Made by a program: the position numbers and the translations under genes | Origin: a virus | Lineage: Duplodnaviria; Caudoviricetes | IMG/VR virus record: IMGVR_UViG_3300031473_000002 | Location: 1-41,322 of that record | Strand: one strand, 5' to 3' | Length of the DNA stretch: 41,322 nucleotides | The notes under the pieces: generated by a model | Seen by the model: the letters and a program-made list of their open reading frames with translations, nothing else | Databases searched by the model: none | What the model was told of the DNA's origin: nothing | Part shown: positions 8,571 through 17,075 of the stretch, piece after piece | Layout of the letters: the number at the start of each line of letters is the position of its first letter | Position numbering within the stretch: position 1 is the first letter of the stretch

Positions 8571-9664
8571 CTACTCCTCGGCGGCGAGGTAATCCACGAC
8601 CTCGGCGTAGCGGTTGGACAGGGTCGCCAGGTTGGCGCGCTCGACGGCTTCCCTGTCGACGAGCTCGTCGTATAGGTCGGGGTCGAGGCTTCCCTGTCGA
8701 CGAGCTCGTCGTATAGGTCGGGGTCGAGGCTTCCCTGTCGACGAGCTCGTCGTATAGGTCGGGGTCGATGACGGCGTCGAGGTGCTCCGCGATGAGGTCC
8801 CCGAGGACGGTCGGGTCGAGCGCGTCGAGCTCCCATGACTCCGGGCCGTACTGGTCGATGTAGGCGGTGGAGCGGGAGTCGGTCAGCTTCGTCGGGTTCG
8901 GCGGCGGGTCGTACTGCTCAACTTGGTCCATGTTGAGGGCGATGCGGCGGACCTCGATGGGGTCATGGCCGTCGAGGTCGACGGTGTCGTCGATGTGGTC
9001 CTCGATGGCTGAGTAGGAGCCCTCGGAGCCGAACTCGGCGGAGTGCTCACGGAGCCAGTCGGAGTAGACGAACGTGCGGAGCCGGTCGCCGATGTCTCGG
9101 GTCATGTCAATCCCCGATGGGTCGTGGTCGCCCAGGTGGAGCACGACGACCCGCTGGCCGCCGTTGAGGAGGTAGTCGAGATGCCGTTGACCGGCCGCCC
9201 AAAGCTCCGACTGTGAGACGTACCCGCGGCATGCGAACCAATCGACGTCGCGGGCGTCGGCGGCGCGTTGGACGATGCCCGCGAGGGCTTCCTTCTCCAC
9301 CCAAACCTCCACCCGGGCGGATTGGTTCGCCCACTTGTCGATGCGGTAGGAAACGGGCGGCGCCGCGGATGATCCCACCGGGGGTGTCCCAATGCGAAGT
9401 TCCTTCGAGGTTGCGGGTCCGGTCGACGATGTAGTCCCAATCCAAAAGGCCAGCGAGGCGGCCCCGGTTGATGATGTCGCCGAGCCGCTTGTAGGACTGT
9501 TGGCGGTTGGTGAGGAGCCCGCGGGCGACGAACTGATAGTAGAGCTGGCGGAGGGTCAGGTCATAACCCTGGGCTTGGTACTCGGCGCAGATGTTGGTGG
9601 CGGTGGCGATGACGCTGACGGCGTCGGGCCCCGGGTTCCACGCCTCATAGCGGATGCGGCTCAT
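8571..9664 (-). pseudogene. Spo11/TopoVI-A-like TOPRIM protein, disrupted by a 1-nt insertion (~9352) and a 41-bp triplication
   Basis: N-part 'LTLRQLYY' (Spo11-like catalytic Tyr motif); C-part 'VWVEKEAL..RGY..LGDHDPSG..WELDAL' (TOPRIM); removing one base and two repeat copies gives one ORF ending AVERANLATLSNRYAEVVDYLAAEE*. Confidence 0.8.
8646..8768. repeat. Perfect tandem repeat, 3 x 41 bp
   Basis: ggcttccctgtcgacgagctcgtcgtataggtcggggtcga at 8646, 8687 and 8728, with no spacers. Confidence 0.97.
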
Positions 9665-9882
9665 GCTGAGGTCCTCTCAGCGGCGGGGGTCGCGTCGATG
9701 ACGTCGACGGATGGGTTGCCCAGGCGGCGGGCGTTGCCGGCGGCGAGCATCCGATAGAGGACCTCAGCGAGCCGAGGTTCGAGGTCGTCGGTGTCTTTGG
9801 CTCCGACGCTGACGGTGAAGGTGACGGTGGCGGTGTGGCGGGGTAATGGTGGGCGACCTTGACCCGCCCAGGCGTCGCTCAT
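9661..9882 (-). CDS. Hypothetical protein
   Basis: RBS GAGGAGG then ATG; ATGA-coupled to the TOPRIM gene. Confidence 0.6.
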   Translation of the reverse strand: MSDAWAGQGRPPLPRHTATVTFTVSVGAKDTDDLEPRLAEVLYRMLAAGNARRLGNPSVDVIDATPAAERTSA

Positions 9883-10043
9883 GGGTCCCTCCTCGCCTTG
9901 GCATTGGCGATGAAGGCTTCGCCCTCCTCGGTCCACCATCGGCCGAGTTCGCGTTCTCGGCGGGCCTGGGTGGGGGTGCGGCCGAACTCGTCACGGCGGC
10001 CGAGGAGGCGGTCGATGAGGGCGCGGAGTAGGTGGACGGTCAT
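9879..10043 (-). CDS. Hypothetical protein
   Basis: RBS GGGAG; 54 aa, MTVHLLRALIDRLLGRR; first gene after the promoter. Confidence 0.55.
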   Translation of the reverse strand: MTVHLLRALIDRLLGRRDEFGRTPTQARRERELGRWWTEEGEAFIANAKARRDP

Positions 10044-10074
10044 GCGGTGCTCCCTGGGGTAGTAGGTACTGCCT

Positions 10075-10103
10075 ACCCTAGGCCACCCGCCTAGACTTTG
10101 CAA
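10075..10103 (-). promoter_or_regulatory. SigA-like promoter for the TOPRIM operon
   Basis: TTGCAA-N17-TAGGGT in an AT-richer intergenic region. Confidence 0.65.
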
Positions 10104-10231
10104 CAGTTTCCGGGGTAAAAGATTAGCGGAGTCGCGCCAACAGAGCCGCAACCGCCGCCGCCGCCGGCTGAGGCACCACACCATTCCCAATAGCACAGAT
10201 AGCCTCCGTACCTGATTGCTCGAGAGGCCGT

Positions 10232-10456
10232 CTAGGCGGCGGCGAGGGTTTCCAGTTCGACGAGGAGAGGATCCTCCTCCACCAACCGGGCGGCGGCGGC
10301 CGGGTTCAGCGCCAGCCCGTACCGTTCCGCGAACAGGGTGTGGTAGAGGGCGAGCTCGGTGCGGCGGTGCGCCGCCCAGCGGGCGGCCTCGGCTCGGCGG
10401 TCGGCGGCGGGGAGGTTGAACAGGGGGGCGAGGGCGGGAGGCGGCGGGGTAGTCAT
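10232..10456 (-). CDS. Hypothetical protein (probably leaderless)
   Basis: 74 aa; TTGCCG-N18-TACCCT-N6-ATG upstream. Confidence 0.55.
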   Translation of the reverse strand: MTTPPPPALAPLFNLPAADRRAEAARWAAHRRTELALYHTLFAERYGLALNPAAAARLVEEDPLLVELETLAAA

Positions 10457-10618
10457 GCTCGGAGGGTAGGTCAGTGGTGGTCCGGGCGGCAAGGGGCCCG
10501 GTCGGGTATGGTTTGGGTTGCGCCCGTCGACGCGCTTTGGGAGGTCGGCCGCTCTAGGGGTAGACGCGGCCGACCTCCCCCTTTTTTTGTCCACAGGGTT
10601 CTCCACCGTTGGGGGTAA

Positions 10619-13315
10619 CTAGAGGGGGCGCCGGGCTAAGCCGGCGGTGTCGGCGCGGACACCCGCCGGTGCTGTGGTCGCCTCGGCTGGGTCACGGCGA
10701 CGGCGGCGACCGGCGGCCGCCCGAGCCGGAGCAGACGACTCCAACAGATTCAGCAGATATTTGAGAGCGTCGAATGCATGGTCTTCCGCTCGGGTGTCAA
10801 CATCTTCAACGCGGCGGGGGTCCCTCGGCAGGGCGGGGAGGGTGCGGATCAGGTTCCGGCACGTCGAATAGATGAGGAGCCGTGGGAGCCCGTCGGGGCG
10901 GACCCGGAGCTTGTCGGAGACGCCGGCGACCCCGGCGAGGCGGTCGTTGCGTGCCTTCACGACCTCCCCACCGAACACGTCGGTGTACGCGGCCGCTATC
11001 GACCCAGGCGGTGGCGTGTCCGGGTCGATGCCGCCGACAGTGACACCGGGGCCCTTCACCGACGCCGGGTGGTGCGGGGACCTTGCCCAGGTGGACGGGT
11101 CCAACGCAATCGGGATCGGCCGGCCGCGGCGGGGTAACCGTTCCCCTTCGACCTCGGCGTCGGCGATGGCGTCGGCCTGCTGTGCGGCGGTGAGCCCGGC
11201 CTGGTACAGCTCCCGGTAGACGACGACGAGCCCGTCGGGTAGGACGGCGCCCCACAGGGCACAGAAGGGGGCGTCTAGGCCGTAGTCGACCCCGACGCCC
11301 CTTGGGGTGCCACCGAGGGACAACGGGAGCTCCTCGGGCTCGATGACGTGGATGTCTCGGCGGAAGTGCCGGAAGCGTTGCCCGGCGTAGACATCCCAGT
11401 CGCCGTCTCTGAGGGCTCGGCGGGTGTCGGGGTCGAGGCGGTTGAGGCGGTCGATGTAGCCGGGGTCGACGTGTGGGTTGTCGGTGACGTAGGCGGGGAT
11501 GAACAGGCGGGTGCCGGGGTTCGGGTCGTCGGCGTTGGGCGCCGGCCGCCACGCCTTCCCGGCCGGGTACGGGTCGACGTAGCGTGCCTTCACCCAGGCG
11601 TGGCCGACGCCGCCGGGGTTGGTGGTGAGGATGACCCGGGGGGTGATGTCTTTGGCGGCCATGAGGGCGGCGACGGACCCGGCGGCTCGGAGGCGGCTCA
11701 TCATGTAGAGGAACTGGTACTCGGTGAACTGTGTGGCTTCCTCCCACACGATGAGCTGGTAGGCGGCGCCTTGGTACTTGGTGACGTCCTCGTCGCGGCC
11801 TAGGTGGGCGAGCTCAAGGGTGGATCCGTTGTGGAACGTCCAGAGCCGGTCGTTGGCGTTGTAGGTGCCGAGCTCGCGGGGTATCTCCTCGCGGAGGGAT
11901 CGGATGGGGCCGTCGGCCCGGGACAGGTCGGGGAAGCTCCGCCGGAACAGGACGGCGGCGGCGCCGGGGATCTCCAACAGGAACGCGACGGCTTCGACCC
12001 GGGCGAAGCGGGAGTTGTGGGTGACGATGAAGTCGTCGGTGACGTACAGGCCATTGGGGTTGTCGACCGTGATGCAGCGGCCGTCTTCTACCACCGTCGC
12101 CTCAATGGAGACGATCGGGTTGTCAGCCCATTGGCCACCGACCGCGGCTGACCCGGCACCAATGACGTCGCGTGCACGTGCGACCTTGCGTGGCAACAGG
12201 AACAACCGGCCCAGCCCGTTGCCCCGGACGTAGATCCGGTAAACGGTTTTGCACATGACTCGCTCGCCGGCGCCATTGACGTAGCTGCCCGGCTTCCCGT
12301 TGCTGATCTTGGCGGTGAAGCCAAGCGACCTCAGTAGCCATTGCACGTCGGCGGCGAGGCGGGGGCTGACAGTGACGTACTCGACGTGGCCTCGCGCATC
12401 CACGTACCCGTCTGTGTCGAACAGCCCCTGCGCCAGGGCCAGGCGGTCGCCGGTGGGTGCCTGAAGGTAGCTGCGGGGGATGAATTTGGTATCCGAACGC
12501 ACGCCGGCGAGGCCGACGCGTCGCACGTAGTGATGCGCGGCCTCAGGGTCGATCTCGAGGCCGGTGACACGTACAAGTGCGTGCCGCTTGCCGTTGGCGC
12601 CGTGCGTCAAGGTCAAGCTGAGTGGAGCTAGCTCAGCCTTGATCGCATCGGTGACCTCGGGGTCGACTGACGTGATGGTGGTCGACACCTTGCCGAACGA
12701 ACCGTCGCCGAGCAGGGCACCCATCGTGTACGGAGGTAGGACGGGCCAACGCCCGGGCGGCGAGGTCAGTCGCACCGGCGCGGTCAGCGGCAAGGCTAGG
12801 CCGTGCCCGGCATGAATGCGGTCGTGCATCTGCCGGGTCGTCATGACGGTGTACCGCTGGTAGTAGCGGTGGTTCCATTCCTCGGCCGCGGTCAGCCCTG
12901 CGGGCACTTCACCGAGGGGGACCTTGCGTCGCTTCCGGCCGAGGCGGGCGCGCACGGCCCATAGGTGGTCTCCTCCAGCTTCGACGGAGGCTCCGTCGGC
13001 GAGGGTGACCCGGTAGAACTGCTGGTTCCTGGGGTGGTGTAGCGCTATGACGGTGGCGACGGTGCCGTCGGGGTTGCAGACCTGCTGTCCGACGGTGACG
13101 TCGCCGAGCAGGACGAACCCTTTGGGGGTCAGGACTTTAGTTTCCATACTCACATCATACGATGGTGCAGCCCGGTCGGGACAGCGGCCGACCTTGCCGC
13201 CGCCGGCGGCGCCGCCGTAGAGGAGCTCGTCGACGGCCACAGAGTGCGCGAGTGCCTGTTTGGGGTTCGGTTCATAGCCGAGGTCGACGGTCCGGCCGAC
13301 CGGGTCGGTGGTCAC
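10619..13315 (-). CDS. terL: Terminase large subunit, intein-containing
   Basis: Walker A 'LYGGAAGGGK(intein)S', Walker B-like 'LIVWEEATQF', 'TTNPGGVGHAWVK', nuclease 'GVDYG..EDHAFDALKY'; GTG 13315 overlaps an upstream TGA. Confidence 0.95.
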   Translation of the reverse strand: MTTDPVGRTVDLGYEPNPKQALAHSVAVDELLYGGAAGGGKVGRCPDRAAPSYDVSMETKVLTPKGFVLLGDVTVGQQVCNPDGTVATVIALHHPRNQQFYRVTLADGASVEAGGDHLWAVRARLGRKRRKVPLGEVPAGLTAAEEWNHRYYQRYTVMTTRQMHDRIHAGHGLALPLTAPVRLTSPPGRWPVLPPYTMGALLGDGSFGKVSTTITSVDPEVTDAIKAELAPLSLTLTHGANGKRHALVRVTGLEIDPEAAHHYVRRVGLAGVRSDTKFIPRSYLQAPTGDRLALAQGLFDTDGYVDARGHVEYVTVSPRLAADVQWLLRSLGFTAKISNGKPGSYVNGAGERVMCKTVYRIYVRGNGLGRLFLLPRKVARARDVIGAGSAAVGGQWADNPIVSIEATVVEDGRCITVDNPNGLYVTDDFIVTHNSRFARVEAVAFLLEIPGAAAVLFRRSFPDLSRADGPIRSLREEIPRELGTYNANDRLWTFHNGSTLELAHLGRDEDVTKYQGAAYQLIVWEEATQFTEYQFLYMMSRLRAAGSVAALMAAKDITPRVILTTNPGGVGHAWVKARYVDPYPAGKAWRPAPNADDPNPGTRLFIPAYVTDNPHVDPGYIDRLNRLDPDTRRALRDGDWDVYAGQRFRHFRRDIHVIEPEELPLSLGGTPRGVGVDYGLDAPFCALWGAVLPDGLVVVYRELYQAGLTAAQQADAIADAEVEGERLPRRGRPIPIALDPSTWARSPHHPASVKGPGVTVGGIDPDTPPPGSIAAAYTDVFGGEVVKARNDRLAGVAGVSDKLRVRPDGLPRLLIYSTCRNLIRTLPALPRDPRRVEDVDTRAEDHAFDALKYLLNLLESSAPARAAAGRRRRRDPAEATTAPAGVRADTAGLARRPL
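12014..13192 (-). mobile_element. Intein (393 aa) with LAGLIDADG homing endonuclease, class-3 WCT signature
   Basis: Inserted at GGGK|S; ends 'VTHN'; block B 'DHLW', block F 'RCITV'; LAGLIDADG motifs 'MGALLGDGS' and 'QGLFDTDG'. Confidence 0.93.
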
Positions 13316-13409
13316 CCGAGGAGCCACCGGACGAGGCCGGGGTTGTCACGGAGGACACCGAGCAGCGGGCCCGCTGTGGCGGCCACCCGGGTGGGTTGGC
13401 GTGGGCCGG

Positions 13410-13760
13410 TCACACCGGGCTCGCTTTCGTTTTGCGGCTGGGTTTCCACCGTCGCGGTTTGGGTCGTGAGCGGCGTGGAACAGGTGTCGGGTGGCCGGTA
13501 CGCGGCGATGGTGGGGGGTGGTGGTCGATGGGGCCGGCTTCACGGCACGCGACCCCTTGGGCGCGGTTGCTGTGACCGATGTGCCAGGTGTCGGGTGGGC
13601 AGGCGTAGGTGACACCGTCGCCGAGGCGGCGGCGGCAGGGGTAGCCCGTGATGCTGGTGCACTCAGGGCGGGCGAACAGGTGCAGGGTGGCGGCGTTGCG
13701 GGCGAGGGTTTCGGAGTCGTAGACGATGCGGGTGCAGCCGTGGCGGGCGTCGGCCATCAT
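13410..13760 (-). CDS. Hypothetical protein
   Basis: 116 aa, 'CTRIVYDSE..GYPC..CP..WHIGH'; coupled overlaps. Confidence 0.6.
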   Translation of the reverse strand: MMADARHGCTRIVYDSETLARNAATLHLFARPECTSITGYPCRRRLGDGVTYACPPDTWHIGHSNRAQGVACREAGPIDHHPPPSPRTGHPTPVPRRSRPKPRRWKPSRKTKASPV

Positions 13761-14155
13761 CGCCGCCCGCTTCGGGTCGAGCCGCCGGTCTCAGAGTTAC
13801 AGACCCCACACGCCGGCCGGATGTTGGTGCGCCGGTAGGTGCCGCCCCGACAGCCGGGGATGATGCGGTCGACGGTGACGTCGGCGGCGGTGAGGAGGCG
13901 GCCGCACCGGTAACACCGGCAGGCAGGGACCAGCTTGTCGAGGACGTCAAAGAACGGGTTGTCCAGGAGCTGGTCGACGAGGTCGTCATGGCGGCCGGGG
14001 TGGGCGAACCACGTCTCGATCTTGGTGGTGTGGACACGGAGGACGCGGACGCCGTCGACGTCGGCGCGGTAGGTGGCGACAAGCCACTCCCGGCGCCGGC
14101 GTCGGGCTTCGGAGGAGCCGCGGCGGTTGCCGTTGGTGGTGCCGCGGGTAGTCAT
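13757..14155 (-). CDS. HNH endonuclease (possibly terminase-associated)
   Basis: 'CYRCG..VTVDRIIPGCRGGTY..NIRPACGVCN'. Confidence 0.85.
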   Translation of the reverse strand: MTTRGTTNGNRRGSSEARRRRREWLVATYRADVDGVRVLRVHTTKIETWFAHPGRHDDLVDQLLDNPFFDVLDKLVPACRCYRCGRLLTAADVTVDRIIPGCRGGTYRRTNIRPACGVCNSETGGSTRSGRR

Positions 14156-14574
14156 GGTGTCCACGGTTGCGGGTCGGTGGCGGCGGAGTCCGCCGGTGTG
14201 GTGATGACCCCGTAAGCGAACACGTCGCCGGCGTCGAGCTCGCGGACCTCAACCCAGGTGCCGTCATCGGCGGGTTGCCACCATCCCAACCACAGACCGG
14301 ACGGGTGCGCCACCACCGGCGCCTCAGCGGGAGCCGGGTCGCCGCTGGTCAGCCACAGGCCGAGGCGGTGGGACACCTTCGGTCGGACCTCGATGCGGCC
14401 GTGGCAGCCGGTGGTCCCCGACCCGCACAGGCGGAGGAGGTTCGACGGGTCCCACCGGCCACCCTGGGACCGTTTGCGGCGGTGGTGGATGTTCGTGCCG
14501 GGTGCCCCGCATAGTTCGCATCGGCCGCCGGCGCGGGTGTTGACGATGGCTCGGCCGGTGGCTTCGGTCACCAT
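14152..14574 (-). CDS. HNH endonuclease
   Basis: 'RAGGRCELCG..HHRRKRSQGG..SNLLRLCGSGTTGCHGRIE'. Confidence 0.85.
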   Translation of the reverse strand: MVTEATGRAIVNTRAGGRCELCGAPGTNIHHRRKRSQGGRWDPSNLLRLCGSGTTGCHGRIEVRPKVSHRLGLWLTSGDPAPAEAPVVAHPSGLWLGWWQPADDGTWVEVRELDAGDVFAYGVITTPADSAATDPQPWTP

Positions 14575-14747
14575 CGGGTCCACACGATCAGGGCGCCGGC
14601 GATGAGGGCGGCGACGACAACGATCGTGGTCACCGGGCACCGGCGGTGAGGGGGTGTTGGGGGTCGGCAGTGGGGGCAATCGCAGCCACAGACCGGGCAG
14701 TTACGGGCGTGTCCCGGGACGTGGTCGCCCCACAGGACCTCATCCAT
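14568..14747 (-). CDS. Small Cys-rich membrane protein (59 aa, absent from the ORF track)
   Basis: MDEVLWGDHVPGHARNCPVCGCDCPHCRPP..VTTIVVVAALIAGALIVWTRW*; fills the gap with overlaps at both ends. Confidence 0.55.
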   Translation of the reverse strand: MDEVLWGDHVPGHARNCPVCGCDCPHCRPPTPPHRRCPVTTIVVVAALIAGALIVWTRW

Positions 14748-15054
14748 TGGGTGCCCGCCGGGCGGCTCTGGCGGCGTCTACGGCCATCCTGACGGCATCG
14801 GTGACGAGTGGACCCAGCTTGGTGGCTTGGTCGTCGTCGAGGACGAGGACCCGCGGCGGGTAGAACTCGCCGAGTGGGTGTGTGAACCGGAACACTAGCG
14901 CCGGTTTGGGGCCGACGCCGGGGACGTCGACGCCGGCGGCCATGACGACGACGCCACCGGCGGGCTCGGCGTCATGCGGGTCGAACAGTGGCCCGGTGGC
15001 GGGTTGGAGGGGGAGGTCGAGGGAGTTGCCGAGCCGACGAGTGTCGTCATCCAT
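14740..15054 (-). CDS. Hypothetical protein
   Basis: RBS GAGAGG then ATG; 104 aa. Confidence 0.6.
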   Translation of the reverse strand: MDDDTRRLGNSLDLPLQPATGPLFDPHDAEPAGGVVVMAAGVDVPGVGPKPALVFRFTHPLGEFYPPRVLVLDDDQATKLGPLVTDAVRMAVDAARAARRAPNG

Positions 15055-15391
15055 TGGGTGCCTCTCGGGTAGTGGCGGGGAAGTCCTCGGCTTCGAGGCC
15101 GACGATCGTGACGCCGCCGCCGAGCCATCGGATGAGGTCGGACAGGACAGCGACGAGGCCGAGGTCGTGGTAGACGGTGACGGCCGACACACACCGGAGG
15201 GTGCCGTCTCGGAGGGTGGCGGTGGCGTACCACCGGACGGGGACGCCGGGTGGCGGGTCAGGGGTGTCAGGTGGGATCGGGGTGCCGTCGGGTTGGGTGT
15301 AGCCGAACTCGACGGTCCGGCAGGTGGTTCCGAGTGCGTTGATGCACGCGGCGATGCCTTCCTGGAGGCCGAAGGCGATGCCGCGGATCAC
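15047..15391 (-). CDS. Hypothetical protein
   Basis: GTG start in a GTGA overlap; 114 aa. Confidence 0.55.
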   Translation of the reverse strand: MIRGIAFGLQEGIAACINALGTTCRTVEFGYTQPDGTPIPPDTPDPPPGVPVRWYATATLRDGTLRCVSAVTVYHDLGLVAVLSDLIRWLGGGVTIVGLEAEDFPATTREAPNG

Positions 15392-15573
15392 AGGGCACCT
15401 TCGCTTTGGTATCTTCCGGTTCCGTTGAAGTCCTCGCAGCCGAACAGGCAGGGCGGGCAGAGCGCCGGTGACGCCACTACCTCGCCGTGGTCTGCTGGCT
15501 TGCGGAGGCAACGGCGACCACCGTGGAACGAATCCAGACACTCGCAGTGATTGGGGACGTGAGGGGCGCTCAT
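15388..15573 (-). CDS. Hypothetical Cys-rich protein
   Basis: 61 aa with six Cys. Confidence 0.5.
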   Translation of the reverse strand: MSAPHVPNHCECLDSFHGGRRCLRKPADHGEVVASPALCPPCLFGCEDFNGTGRYQSEGAL

Positions 15574-15619
15574 CGCGGCGGCTCACCGGCCGCGCACCGA
15601 TGCCGGTTGCAGATGACTG

Positions 15620-15817
15620 TCATTTGACGGCGGCGCATGTGCATGACAGCCGCTCACATGGGCAGTCGTCGTCGGTGACGGGGTGGCCGCCGTGGGAGCA
15701 ACCCTCAAAGGCACACCCTCGGCGGTGCTCATCATCGAGGATGGCCTCACCTACCCGGCACCTTTGTGCTCGGTCCTCGGCTATCGGCTCAAGGTAGACG
15801 TCATCGTCGCGTGGCAT
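15620..15817 (-). CDS. Hypothetical Cys-rich protein
   Basis: RBS GGAGGA; 65 aa, 'CPCERLSCTC'. Confidence 0.55.
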   Translation of the reverse strand: MPRDDDVYLEPIAEDRAQRCRVGEAILDDEHRRGCAFEGCSHGGHPVTDDDCPCERLSCTCAAVK

Positions 15818-15830
15818 GAGGTTCCTCCGT

Positions 15831-15849
15831 GGGGGTAGACGGGGTAGGT
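15831..15849 (-). promoter_or_regulatory. Repeated leader/operator motif ACCTACCCCGTCTACCCCC
   Basis: Identical copy at 21818-21836 and a near copy at 24336-24353, each immediately 5' of an RBS. Confidence 0.65.
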
Positions 15850-15856
15850 TCACAGA

Positions 15857-16468
15857 CTAGCCACCCGCGGGGGTGGTGTCCACATTCTCAGCGACATCGG
15901 TGGGTCGCTTCGGTCGAGGTATCCCGAAGTTCACAACCAACGTGCCCCGCTCAGTGGCTTCGCCGCGGAGGAGGGCGAGGTCATGGATGCCCCGGGTGAG
16001 GGCGCCGATGAGGTCCCGGGTCGGTTCCAGCGACGCCAGGTGTTGGTAGCGGCGCATCATGGTCGCCGCGGTGCGCTTGTCGGCGGGGGGGACGAACCGG
16101 TCCAGCTCCGTCGACCACTCCCCGAGGTCACCGTCGTCGAGCTCGCCGGCGTCGGCGTTCGCTTCGAGCCGACGAATGAGGCCGGTGGAAGCGACGTCGA
16201 TGACGTACTCCAACCGGGTCACGGTGGCTTCGGTGAGCTGGGCGGCACGGACAGCGGTAGCGGCCGCCGTCTTTGGGTTGGTGGTGTCGATGCTGGCGGC
16301 GCGGGCCCACTTAGTGAGGGTGGCTTTGGGGACGGCGAGCTCATGGTGCGCGGCGGCGATGCCGGCGTCGCGGATGAGTTCGAGGGCCCGTTCGCGGGTG
16401 TCGTCGGGCCAGCGCGTCCCGCGGCTGTGCTTTTGGCTTGCTCCGTTCACCCGGCGGCGGGTGGTCAT
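15857..16468 (-). CDS. HTH protein, candidate terminase small subunit
   Basis: N-terminal HTH 'WPDDTRERALELI..AAAHHELAVPKATLTKWAR', helical body ending 'LLRGEATER'; no other TerS candidate seen. Confidence 0.5.
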   Translation of the reverse strand: MTTRRRVNGASQKHSRGTRWPDDTRERALELIRDAGIAAAHHELAVPKATLTKWARAASIDTTNPKTAAATAVRAAQLTEATVTRLEYVIDVASTGLIRRLEANADAGELDDGDLGEWSTELDRFVPPADKRTAATMMRRYQHLASLEPTRDLIGALTRGIHDLALLRGEATERGTLVVNFGIPRPKRPTDVAENVDTTPAGG

Positions 16469-16860
16469 GGCTGGTAGGGGGTGGCGTGGCCGGCGTCGAG
16501 GAGTGCTTGGCAGAGGGAGGGGGCGTCGAGTTGGCCGTCGGCGTCGACGGGGACGAGGTCGGCGAGGTAACGACCATACTTCTCGCGGCGGTCCTTGATG
16601 GTGCGGAGGGCGAGACGTGTGCCGATGAGGAGGCTGCTGCGGTGGTAGGTGTCGACCCAGCCCTCGACGAAGGCTTTGGCGGCTTTGCCGGCGTCGGTGT
16701 TCATCTCGGGGGCGTTGAGGCCGATGAGGCGGACGGTCATGGCGAGGGTGGTGTCGCAGCCGAGGTCGACGGCGAGGTAGAGGGTGTCGCCGTCGATGAC
16801 GCGGGTGACGGTGGCGTGGCGTTCGTAGACGGGTGGGATGGTACCTGGGGCGGTGGTCAT
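16465..16860 (-). CDS. Thermonuclease (staphylococcal nuclease family)
   Basis: 'VTRVIDGDT..VRLIGLNAPE..EKYGRYLA..LLDAGHA'. Confidence 0.9.
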   Translation of the reverse strand: MTTAPGTIPPVYERHATVTRVIDGDTLYLAVDLGCDTTLAMTVRLIGLNAPEMNTDAGKAAKAFVEGWVDTYHRSSLLIGTRLALRTIKDRREKYGRYLADLVPVDADGQLDAPSLCQALLDAGHATPYQP

Positions 16861-17075
16861 GGGGTTCTCCTGGGTGGGCGGTAGTGGATGACGTCGTAGC
16901 CGCCGTCGGGGCGGGCTTTGAGGTCGCCGGCTTGGAGCCATTCGTTGATGAGGTCTACGGCGCCTTGGGGGGTGGTGCCGTTGCGGGCGGCGAGGCGGGC
17001 GGTTGGTTCGGTGATGGTGCCTTGGCCGTCGTGGTAGTGGAAGCGGACAAAGCGGGGCGGGCGGCGGCGGGTCAT
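16857..17075 (-). CDS. Hypothetical protein
   Basis: 72 aa, ATGA-coupled. Confidence 0.5.
   Translation of the reverse strand: MTRRRPPRFVRFHYHDGQGTITEPTARLAARNGTTPQGAVDLINEWLQAGDLKARPDGGYDVIHYRPPRRTP

Noticed and set aside
8646-8768. 41-bp repeats as a CRISPR array
   Set aside because: Copies are contiguous with no spacers and derive from coding sequence; no cas genes seen
8462-8836. N-terminal extension making a 634-aa portal
   Set aside because: Arises from the repeat region; portal-like sequence begins at ATG 8461, which has a promoter-like element upstream
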